A stretch of 64,000 bases of DNA from Chrysemys picta bellii. Its lineage: Eukaryota. This document shows, piece after piece, positions 12,201 to 22,500 of this stretch. Where the stretch lies: NCBI RefSeq assembly GCF_011386835.1, contig NC_088797.1:34162001-34226000 (forward strand). Direction: 5' to 3'. The number at the start of each line of letters is the position of its first letter. Within the stretch, counting starts at the first letter, position 1. The position numbers were made by a program, and so were the translations under genes. Below the pieces are notes generated by a model. The model saw only the letters and a program-made list of their open reading frames with translations, was not told the DNA's origin and did not search any database.

Positions 12201-15200
12201 TGTCCCATAACCTCAGCCGTACAGAACGCAATGCCATCCACAGCCTCAGAAACAACTCTGACATTATCATCAAAGGGGCTGACAAAGGAGGTGCTGTAGT
12301 CATAATGAACAGGTCGGATTATGAACAGGAGGCTGCCAGGCAACTCTCCAAGACCACATTCTACAAGCCGCTATCCTCTGATCCCACTGAGGAATACCAA
12401 AAGAAACTACACCATCTGCTCAAGAAATTCCCAGCTACAGTACGGGAACAAATCTACATGGACACACCCCCAGAACCCCGACCAGGAGTATTCTATCTGC
12501 TACCCAAGATCCATAAACCCGGAAACCCTGGACGCCCCATCATCTCAGGCATTGGCACTCTTACAGCAGGATTATCTGGCTATTTGGACTCTCTCCTCAG
12601 ACCCTATGCTACCAGCACTCCCAGCTATCTTCGAGACACCACCAACTTCCTGAGGAAACTACAATGCATTGATGTTCTTCCTGAAAACACCATCCTGGCC
12701 ACCATGGATGTAGAAGCACTTTATACCAATATTCCACATGAGGATGGACTACAAGCTGTCAGGAACAGTATCCCTGATGAGGCCACAGCAAGCCTAGTGG
12801 CTGAGCTTTGTGACTTTGTCCTCACCCACAACCACTTCAGATTTGGGGACAACTTATACCTTCAAGTCAGTGGCACTGCTATGGGTACCCGCATGGCCCC
12901 ACAGTATGCCAACATTTTTATGGCTGACTTAGAACAACGCTTCCTCAGCTCTCGTCCCCTAGTGCCCCTCCTCTACTTGCGCTACATCGATGACATCTTC
13001 ATCATATGGACCCACGGAAAGGAGGCCCTTGAAGAATTCCACCTGGACTTCAACAATTTCCACCACACCATCAACCTCAGTCTGGACCAGTCCACACAAG
13101 AGATCCACTTCCTGGACACTACAGTGCAAATAAGTGATGGTCACATAAACACCACCCTATACCGGAAACCTACTGACCGCTATACGTACCTACATGCCTC
13201 CAGCTTCCATCCAAGACACATCACACGATCCATTGTCTACAGCCAAGCCCTAAGATACAACCGAATTTGCTCCAACCCCTCAGACAGAGACAAAAACCTA
13301 CAAGATCTTTATCAAGCATTCGTAAAACTACAATATCCACCTGGGGAAGTGAGGAAACAGATTGACAGAGCAAGACGGGTACCCAGAAATCACCTACTAC
13401 AGGACAGGCCCAACAAGGACAATAACAGAACACCACTGGCCATCACATACAGCCCCCAGCTAAAACCTCTCCAGCGCATTATCCACGATCTACAACCTAT
13501 CCTGGAAAATGATCCCTCACTCTCACAGACCTTGGGAGGCAGGCCGGTCCTCGCTTACAGACAACCTCCCAACCTGAAGCAAATACTCACCAGCAACTAC
13601 ACACCACACCACAGAAACACCAACCCAGGAACCTATCCCTGTAGCAAACCTCGTTGCCTACTCTGTCCCCATATCTACTCTGGCAACAGCATCAGAGGAC
13701 CCAACCACATCAGCCACACCATCAAGGGCTCATTCACCTGCACATCCACTAATGTTATATATGCCATCATGTGCCAGCAATGCCCCTCTGCCATGTACAT
13801 TGGCCAAACCGGACAGTCCCGCCGCAAAAGAATAAATGGACACAAATCGGACATCAGGAATGGTAACATACATAAGCCAGTAAGTGAACACTTCAATCTC
13901 CCTGGTCATTCTATTACAGATTTAAAAGTCACTATCATTGAACAAAAAAACTTCAGAAACAGACTTCAAAGAGAAACAGCAGAACTAAAATTCATTTGCA
14001 GATTCAACACCATTAATCTGGGCTTGAATAGGGACTGGGAGTGGCTGGCTCATTACAGAAGTAGCTTTTCCTCTCCTGGAATTGACACCTCCTCATCTAT
14101 TATTGGGAGTGGACTACATCCACCCTGATTGAATTGGCCCTGTCAACACTGGTTCTCCACTTGCGAAGTAACTCCCTGCTCTCCATGTGTCAGTATATAA
14201 TGCCTGCATCTGTAACTTTCACTCTATGCATCCGAAGAAGTGAGGTTTTTACTCACGAAAGCTTATGCCCAAATAAATCTGTTAGTCTTTAAGGTGCCAC
14301 CAGACTCCTTGTTGTTTTTGTAGGACAAGCAAGTGTTGCATAGTTAATGCTAGCAAAGATTTGGGAAGGGAGAGAAAACCTCCTGCTTCAGGGTTTAGTT
14401 TGAGAGCAATTTAACAGGGAGTAGGATGAGGTCATTGTTAGCTCTGCAGGGCAGCAAATGTCTGTACAGCACCCGGCACAGTGGGGTCCCCCTCCTGGTT
14501 GGGGCCTGTACATGCAGCTTCAATACAAGGAGGAGATAAGGGCAAGGGAATGGGTTACTGGGCAGTTCTTACCAGCTCCCTGTGGTTCCAGATTTCCTTT
14601 TCCATCCAGGTAAGAGACGTGAACTACAATGAAAGCACAAATGCTGTTAAACAACCTGGCTGATCCCGCCAGCCTTCCCTGGGCCAGGATGCTCCCCTTC
14701 TCATGAGGCAGCCTGGGAGAGAGATCTAGGTACCCTAGTCACAGAGCACGGGGCATCAACCCCCACCTCACTAGCTCTGAGAAGTTGGGTTATCGTGCTC
14801 ATTATGCATTAGATGCAGGTCCAGTGAAGAGTCACTAGCCCAACAGCTTGGATCTGAGTGCCGGAGGAACTAATTTACAGGGGAAGCAACATGTGTCTTG
14901 CCTGGCTGAGCAGTGACTAAAGGAGACTGGTAAACAATCCTGACAGGGAACTATCCTCCCCTGGTGGCCTCCATTGCGCCCTGCTATGGGATAGATGGGG
15001 GGGACGGGGCTGTCCTCAAGGCAGAGGGGCTGGGTGGGCGTCCTGTTGCTTGCAGATAGGGGGAAGGGATGTGGCCAGTAGATCCTCCCCAGGGGAGGAG
15101 CTGGGAACCCTGTAATTTGGGACATTCAGAGGCAGGCTGCCCAAAGCCCTAGAGAGTCTGGAGGGAGAACTCTGGAGGATGGAGTAATCACACACACCTC

Positions 15201-15986
15201 TCACTGCTGTCTCTGCACAGCCCTTGGGGAGGTTGGTGGCCAGGGCAAGCTCCACCAGATTGATCTCACGGTCCTCCTGGAAGTAGAGTTCCCCTTCCTT
15301 TATAGCACGGAAGGGAAGGGGGTCCTGGGAGCCATAGCCGCACACCACCTGCAAGGACACCAGATGGTCACTCCCTTACCAGGCCCATCTTGGGGACAGC
15401 TAGGCCTGCCACCACCATCAGTGTCCTGGTAGAGAGGACTGGACTGGGCGCTCTTTGGACTCCATCCAGCTAGCACTGGTCTGTGGGCAGGAGAGAGCAG
15501 CAGCAACAGGTGAGTTTCCCCCTGCCGGGCTCCTGGTTCAGTCTCCCGCTGCCCCATCTCCTGCTCGCTCACCTCCACGTTGCTCCAGCGAAGGGCCCGG
15601 TTAAAATCTTCCACCGTCAGTTTCCGGCGTTTGGTGTGTTTCATGAACTGGGAGCTGTTCTGCGGGAGGGGAGAGGGGAAGTGAGGAATCGGAGGGACCA
15701 GCCCCAAGGACAGCCGCCCGCGGGGGGGGCTCAGGCCAGTCCTGGGGGCAGCCCCTCACGGGGAAGGGTCAAGGGTCACAGGCCCGCCCCCTAGCCCCGG
15801 TGCAATCTCCGCTCCCAGTGCCGGGCCCGGCTCCCGCACCTGGGCGGCCTCCCGCAGGCGGTAACACACGTCCTCGGCCAGCAGCGCGGCCACCTCGTCC
15901 GTCAGCTCCAGCCCGGCGCTCTCCGCCATCAGGCGCACGGACTCGCGCGGCAGCTCCACGAAGCGCCGCTCCTCACGCTCGGACAT
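6298..15986 (-). CDS. TAF6L: TAF6-like SAGA subunit, 10 coding exons, 623 aa
   Basis: Exons 15986-15840, 15659-15573, 15348-15198, 14623-14573, 9281-9187, 8797-8723, 8569-8349, 8118-7986, 7611-7483, 7080-6298 (1872 nt). N-terminus MSEREERRFVELPRESVRLMAES (histone fold), HEAT region ASINPLNDHWTLRD, C-terminus QKLPMIGRTS...YSLYLPL. Confidence 0.97.
9560..10708. mobile_element. Solo LTR (about 1.15 kb) of an LTR retroelement
   Basis: TGTGA...TCACA termini with a perfect 5-bp TSD cttct (9555-9559 and 10709-10713). No internal coding sequence. Confidence 0.82.
10994..11034 (-). ncRNA. Inverted hammerhead copy with GAAA changed to AAAA (probably inactive)
   Basis: The minus strand reads ...ctcacAaaagcttatgc, against ...ctcacGaaagcttatgc in the other two copies. 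Confidence 0.7.
11291..11331 (+). ncRNA. Minimal type I hammerhead ribozyme in the 5' pseudo-LTR
   Basis: gcat-CCGAAGA-a-gtgag(gttttta)ctcac-GAAA-GCTT-atgc: stem I gcat/atgc, core CCGANGA, stem II, GAAA, palindromic AAGCTT stem III. This is the Penelope-type minimal HHR layout. Confidence 0.8.
11425..14128 (+). pseudogene. Penelope RT-endonuclease ORF (about 900 aa) split by one frameshift near 12190
   Basis: ORF 11425-12210 continues in ORF 12167-14128. Motifs KGADKGG, GTAMGTRMAPQYANIFM, YLRYIDD, Cys motif CSKPRCLLC, and GIY-YIG VIYAIMC...YIGQTG. Confidence 0.93.
14228..14268 (+). ncRNA. Minimal type I hammerhead ribozyme in the 3' pseudo-LTR
   Basis: Identical to 11291-11331. Confidence 0.8.
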
Positions 15987-16360
15987 GGCGGCGGGGAGCC
16001 CGGGGCCCCTTAGGGCTCGGGGGGGGAATCGGGGTTCACCCGGCTGCAGCCTCGATCCCTTATCCCAAGGCGCAGCTAGCCCCGCCTCCGCCGCCTCTCA
16101 GCCAATTAACATCTTGTGTGGGGCACTAGAATCTCAAGCGCCTACTGGCCGCCGTGCAAATCTATCCAAACCCACGTGAGAACACGTCCTGAGGCCGCCA
16201 TGGGGCGGGGCGCGTCGGGTGCCCGGGCCAGCAGGGGGCGGGGCGGGGCGGGGCAGGGCGGGGAGGAGCGGGAGTGCCAGAAGTTCGAATCTCAGTCGGG
16301 AGCGGGGCGGAGGCGCGAACGCTCCCGCTGCAGGAGTTGTCAGGCTGCTGCCCCGGGCTG
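15700..16360. promoter_or_regulatory. CpG island / GC-box promoter of TAF6L
   Basis: CpG-dense, with tandem GGGCGG boxes at about 16236-16262. Confidence 0.75.
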
Positions 16361-16777
16361 TTCCCCGCTTTGCACCAGGCAGGCTGGTTTTAGTGCTTGT
16401 CTGCGCATGGGGAGTGTCCCCTGTCACTCCACAGACCTAGTTACACTTCAGTGGGTCCAGGGGATTGGCTCCTGTGACGTTAACCCCGTGTATGGACGCG
16501 CTGTGCCCGAGTAGTGCTGCCTTGCTGCGGTTTAGCTGCCCTCCAGGGGTACCCACCCACATGTTAATCCGGATTAACTCCCAGCTGTAGATGGACCCCC
16601 ATTGCACAGACAGCTGCACCTCAGTTGCCAATTTAGGAAAGTATTCCTGTTCAGGGCAGCACTTGAGCACATGCACAAATCACATCAACTTAAGCATGTG
16701 CTTAAGTGCAGACCTGTCTAGGAATGGGTTTAAGAAAGCATTAAGGTCTCTCCTAAATTGAGGATTTAAATCTATTT

Positions 16778-16997
16778 CAGGGGTTCTCAAATGGGGTCAG
16801 GACCCCTCAGGGGGGTCACAAGGTTATTACATGGGGAGTCATGAGCTGTCAGCCTCCACCCCAAACCCTGCTTTGGCTCCAGCATTTATAATGGTGTTAA
16901 ATATATTTAAGAAGTGTTTTTAATTTATCGGGGGGGTTCGCACTCAGAGGCTTGCTATTTGAAAGGGGTCACCAGTACAAAAGTTTGAGAACCGTTG
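16778..16997. mobile_element. hAT MITE
   Basis: TIRs caggggttctcaaa / tttgagaaccgttg and a perfect 8-bp TSD atctattt (16770-16777 and 16998-17005). Confidence 0.88.
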
Positions 16998-17211
16998 ATC
17001 TATTTCCACACCTAAGTAAACATGGGGTGATATCTGAGGGGCTGAATACTGGCAACTCTGCACTCGCTTTGCTTGTCTTTTGGGAGGCCGAGAAGAGAAG
17101 CCACAAGTCTTCACTGGCCTCTCCTTTAGTGACAGTATAGTGCAGCCCCTCAGGAGGGGGGAGGGGAATGATGGTTTTCAGGACCACCAGGAGCCTGTCA
17201 GCCACTCAAAA

Positions 17212-17581
17212 CATAAATTCATAGATTCAGGGACTGGAAGGGACTTCAAGAGGTCATCGAGTCCAGTCCCCTGCCCTCATGGCAGGACCAAATACTGTCT
17301 AGACCATCCCTGATGGACATTTATCTAACCTACTCCTAAATATCTCCAGAGATGGAGATTCCACAACCTCCCTAGGCAATTTATTCCAGTGTTTAACCAC
17401 CCTGACAGTTAGGAACTTTTTCCTAATGTCCAACCTAGACCTCCCTTGCTGCAGTTTAAGCCCATGGCTTCTTGTTCTATCCTTAGAGGCTAAGGTGGAC
17501 AAGTTTTCTCCCTCCTCCTTATGACACCCTTTTAGATACCTGAAAACTGCGACCATGTCCCCTCTCAGTCTTCTCTTTTCC
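17212..17581 (-). mobile_element. CR1 LINE 3' fragment
   Basis: Translation RLRGDMVAVFRYLKGCHKEEG...[30 protein letters not shown], with an (ATTCTATG)-like tail at 17212-17225. Confidence 0.92.
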
Positions 17582-19464
17582 ACACATGTTCCCCTGTGAT
17601 ATCCAGCCCCACACAAATCCCAGATCCTCAGTGTCCTCCCCTCCCCCAAGAAGCACTGTCCCTACCCCAATGTATTAGCTTTACCTTAAATCCCTGCGAT
17701 TGTATAACATGCAGCACTTGTAATGAAATAAAAGTTTTATTTAAGAAAACAGATTCCACTAGCAACAAGGGAATGGTGGAAACAAATGGCTACAATACAA
17801 GACACAATAAAATGCAAATTAGGGCCTACACTTAATTACGGTGCACAAGGACCAGGATCCAATCAGTGAATGGGTACAGGGTGCCTGAAGTCTCTCCCCC
17901 ACTCCCCCCTTAAATGAATGACGACATAAGACTGCTTCAGTCTAAGGGGCCTATGTCCCACCCTTTGTCTGTTCAATCTCCCAAGGCACAGCCACCCATT
18001 CCCTCCCCATCCCTATGTTTGGTTGGAGTAGATCTGACCGGCGTTAAATTGCATACTGCACTGCAGGACTCTACTTAAAACTACCAGAACCCTCACTGCT
18101 GCTGCACCCCCACCCCTGGCTTAACCTTCTCCTAAGGTTCTGTCTGCACTTTTCCCCGCATCTCCTATCTATGGCCCCACAAAGTCAGCAGCCCTCCTCG
18201 TCAACCTCCTCCTGGCGCTGGATAACACCAGGAAGAGGATGTTGGACAGGGAAGTGCTCTGCAACTGTGGGGCCTATTTCCACTCCTCCCTTCCATCACA
18301 CATCTGGGCAGAATTCCTCTAGGCTGCATCCACTGGCTCCCTAGACCCCTTTGAGGAGTATAGGCGCCGTCTGGGGTACTCTGCTCGTTGTCCCCCTCCA
18401 GTTCCCTGCTTAGGGCCCTATATCCTCAATCCTGTCCCTGTTTTTTTATTAGCTGTACCCCAGTATCATTTGGTTGTTGCCCCTCCCCTTAGGCTGGGGA
18501 AAGGGTCTTGGACCCGCCCACCTCTCAGAACTCAGTAGGTGCAGTGAAGGGAGTTAAGTAGCATACTGCACTGCAGGGCTTTACTTGAAAGTACCAGAGA
18601 CCACGCTGCTGCTGCACCCCCACTCCTGGCTTAACCTGTTAATCTCTGTGAAATGCCCTCAGGTATGGTGCCCACAGGTGAAACACTATGGGGAAAAAGG
18701 GGCTATATCGCCTCTAGAACCCCAGTCCTAGCCTGGCCCCCTTCTGCCCATGCTGCCTCACCTGCCTGACCCTGAGGGAGGGAGTGTTGCAGGCTCTAGG
18801 GCCCTAAATACCTTTTCTTCTTCCCTCCCCACACCCCGACCTATTCCACTTGGGAAAGGCAGTACCCAAAGCTCTGGGAGGAGCCATGGCCCAGCCTGGT
18901 CCTGCTCTGAGCTGCCTCTCCTAGGGCCCTCCCATCCCTTCCCAGTACACCCCCCCCCCCCACTTACTGCCCCCTTGAAACTCCTTCCCATAGATCCCTC
19001 CCTGATAGCCCCCAATGGAGCACATAGTGCTACTGTTGCTGCATGGAGAGGAGAGCGGAGCTGAACTGGCCAGAGTCAAGGTCTGTCCACCCCAGGCCTC
19101 TTACTCCTTGCTCCGCAACTGACGCCCCACCTCCCTTCCCAGGGCATCAACTGCATATATATATACTCACCACTCGTGCCCCATTGGCCATTGCTGATAG
19201 TCCGCCCCCGCCCCAATGAAGAATCTGCCCCATCCCCGATAATGTGCATGCAGAATACTGCCAGGCCTTCAAAGCCCAGTTCTATGGGGCACCAGAGGGG
19301 ACAAACAGCAGTAAATTCGCAAAAGGCTGGGCAGGGAGATAGGAGACAGGCCTGCATCCAGCTGGAGACTGCCTGCTCCCTACTCGAGCCAGGCCCCCAG
19401 CCAGTTCCCCCCACCCCACAAGCAGCGGGACAGGCACAGCCCAGAGGGGCACTTGTCTAGACCC

Positions 19465-19470
19465 TTTATT
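19465..19470 (-). terminator. Polyadenylation signal AATAAA for TUT1
   Basis: tttatt about 100 nt past the TUT1 stop codon. Confidence 0.7.
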
Positions 19471-19572
19471 CCCTTCCCAGTCACATGGTACAGACACAGC
19501 AAAGTCCATTTAAAATAGCATCCCCCAGTCTCAGAGTGCTGGCATGGATGTCACTAGTGGTCACTCCCTGCC

Positions 19573-22500
19573 TCAAGCTGCTCTGCCCACATACCGCTCC
19601 ACCATCCTGGGCAGAAAGCCCTGCAGAAAGTGATAGAAGTCCTGGAACAGGGAGCCCTGCTGGGGGGCTGGGGTGAAATACAGGAGGGTCCGTGTGTCCT
19701 CCTGGCCTCCGCCCACCCGGGCACAGGCCGTGAACCTCAGCAACGGCTCTGCCCCCATGGAATCTCCCTCCTGCTGGATTATGGCCTCCGACACCTTCTC
19801 CTCCACCTCTAGGGAGCCAGCCTCCTGCTCTGTGTCTGGCTGGGGGCTGCCCAGGTGCCGGAGCTGGCGCCGGACGCGGCGCCGGCCCATCCAGACACGG
19901 TGCCACATAGCACAGCTCCAGCTCACGCTCTCCTCCTCCTCTGGCGCTGGGCCCTCTACTCTCGGCCTCTTCTTGGCTGGGGAGATAACCAAGCTTCCTC
20001 TCTCGTCAGACCGGGGGTGCTTGGACCCCACTATAGGCTGCTCCCCTCCACTCTGCTCTGTGGGCTCCTGCCCCAGGGGCTCCCCTGCAGGCCCCGTGCA
20101 GCTGCACTTCAGCACATCCTTCAGCACGAAGGTGATGGCGGCACAAACCTTGTTAAACCAGCAGCGCCCGAAGTCCCTGGCCTGGCACAGCTGCTGCCGG
20201 CTCCCAGGGGAGAGCGCCATCAGCGTGAAGGGGATAGTGATGAGAAGCCCATCGGGGCCCAGCTCCCCAGCCTCCGGCACCCCTGGCTGGAAGAGCCGCA
20301 CCAGCCCCCAGGCCTTGCCCTTGCTGGATTTGCGCTGGTACTGCAGGCTGCGGCAGTATTTGGCCCCGTCCCGGCAGCAGTGCTGGAACCGCTGCGCTAT
20401 CTTCTCGTTGACATTGGCTGCTACGTTGTGGCTCAGCTCGAAGGGGTCCTGCACATTGAAAGGACCCAGCTTGAACTTGGCACCCACCTCTGAGAGCAGG
20501 AAGCTGGGCAGGGGCAGCATCCGGCCCTCCTGCAGCGAGATCACGCAGCCAGCAAAGTCATGGTCCCCAAAGACGCGGAAGAATTCGGCTAGGAGGGAAC
20601 CTGCAGGGAGATGCAGACAGATGAGAGGAAGGTGGCTGGGGGGAGAAGGGTGAGCCCAGGAGTAAGGATAAGGCCTTTTCCTGTAGTCATATTGTAGAGA
20701 GCATCATATGCTTAGCGTGTGCATTCTGTTTTGGTGATTGTTAATAAATAGAGGTTAAGTAGGATTTTCCTGTGTAATGCTCTTTCACTGGTCAAAGACC
20801 CTGTAAACCCGCAGAAGATTAAGCTCTGAGTCCATGGAGGGGTAGAGCCCGGAGCCCACGGAGAGGTAAAGTTAGGTGCCTTTCGCCTGGGAACTGGCGA
20901 AAGGGAGAGGGTGCCTAAATCAACCAGGTTACGCCTTGAGCCCTAAGAACTAGGTAGAGGTGGGATGTCCTAGAGCATGCGGGCAACAAATTTAGGGTAA
21001 AGTTGGGTGCCTTATACCCAGAGCCCTAGGAATTGGGAAAGGGTGGGTGTGTTTAAATTGACAAGGTTACGGCTTGAGCCCACAGAAGGGTAAAGGTGGG
21101 TGCCCTAGAGTGTACGTAACAGATAGTTGTGTGCAGGTAACACAGGGTGGCCGCAGGAGAATCAGGTAGGCAAGAGGCGGGGTGAGGGTGGGGAGACAGA
21201 AGCCCTGCACAGACATGAGATCACAAAGGGGCTGGGGAAGAGCTCTCAGACATATGGGGAGCTGGGGAAAGAGAAATTCTCTTCTCTCTCCCCTCCCCCA
21301 CAATGACACCAAGGAACCTGCCTGCACGGGACTGCCAACAGGAAACCAGGCTACATGGATCCTGGGGCAGCAGCTCAGGGGAGTGTTCCCATCATGCTCT
21401 GGGGCTGGAAGAGATGAAGGGAAACCACCCCTGAGAGCTGGGACAATCACTCACATCCTTTGCCCGGCTCCCTGGGAATTGAGACCACCCTCCCCCCCGG
21501 CCCCGCCCCAGGCGGGCAGGGTGAGCCCACCTGGTCTCAAGTGGCAGGCCCATGAGTAGGCTGTGTACATGGAGTGGGGGGACGTCCTGCAGGCCATTAC
21601 CCGCCCCCCCCTCCCTCCTCCCGGCACTCACACAGACTCTCCGTGTTGGCACTGGGCTCCAGCCGCGACGCGTCCTGGGGGAAGCTGCAATCCCAGCCAT
21701 CCACAATGGTCTGATCCCCATCCCCTGGGGAGGAGACAGAGGTGGGGGGTGAGATAAACACTGCCCCAGGGGCACAAGGGGCTAATGCAGCAACGCCAAC
21801 TGAATGCACTGTGGGGTAACTCCTACCTGTCAGCTTCCTGAGCTGGGCCAGTGTGGGCAAGGCTGGGGGGCTGCGCGTCTGCAGGAAGAACAGCACCAGC
21901 AGGGTCAGTGCGTAGTTGTTGAGGAGGGGGCCACCCCCAAAGGGGTTTCCTGAGGGGAAATGGGGGCCATTAGACAAGGCAACAGGGGTGTCCATACCCC
22001 AAATCCTAGACCCATGCACCGCCCAGCATGATTCCTCCAGAGGGGAGCTCTAACCATGCACCCCCCAGTGAGGGGAAGTGGGAGTCCTTACCTGCCAGGG
22101 CCTGCTGCTTGGCCCAGTAGCGCAGCACGTAGACCAGGGGACGCACCCGCTCATCAGCCTCCGTACAGAGCTGTAGGAAGCGCGTATTGCAGAGCGCCAG
22201 CCTGTCAGAGACATGGGACACATTGGGGGGGGCAGCACCAACACCCCACACACACAGACACCTGAGGCACCCCCAAACCTCTCCATTGTCCACTCCACCC
22301 CCCACCCGGCCCAGGGCAGCCCATGTGGATTTGGCGCTGGTGAACAAGTCTCAGCCATGGAGCCAGGATGCGCCGTGTCTCCCCAGAGTGGGGTCAACTG
22401 TTCTCTACACACCCTGCCCTGGAGGGATGCTCTAGATGGAAGAGGTCTCCCTCCCCTCCCAGATGGAGCTGGCTCCCACCCCAGGCTCAACATACCCTCC

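Larger units (their letters stand above)
10913..14323 (+). mobile_element. Penelope-like retroelement (Neptune-type), near full length
   Basis: RT plus GIY-YIG ORF. 333-bp direct pseudo-LTRs (11054-11386 and 13991-14323; 7 mismatches by eye). 142-bp inverted 5' arm (10913-11054 vs 11271-11412). Flanking duplication taggacaagcaa (10901-10912 and 14321-14332). Confidence 0.96.

Noticed and set aside
16283-16291. GTTCGAATC B-box-like motif as a tRNA gene
   Set aside because: No A-box or cloverleaf can be built around it. At most it is an isolated TFIIIC-type site.
16394-16700. Possible Harbinger-type MITE and other old repeat fragments upstream of TAF6L
   Set aside because: The TIR-like ends are too degenerate and no TSD was found, so it is not listed as a feature.
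19673-20653. 326-aa plus-strand ORF
   Set aside because: Antisense shadow of the GC-rich last exon of TUT1, with no recognisable motifs.
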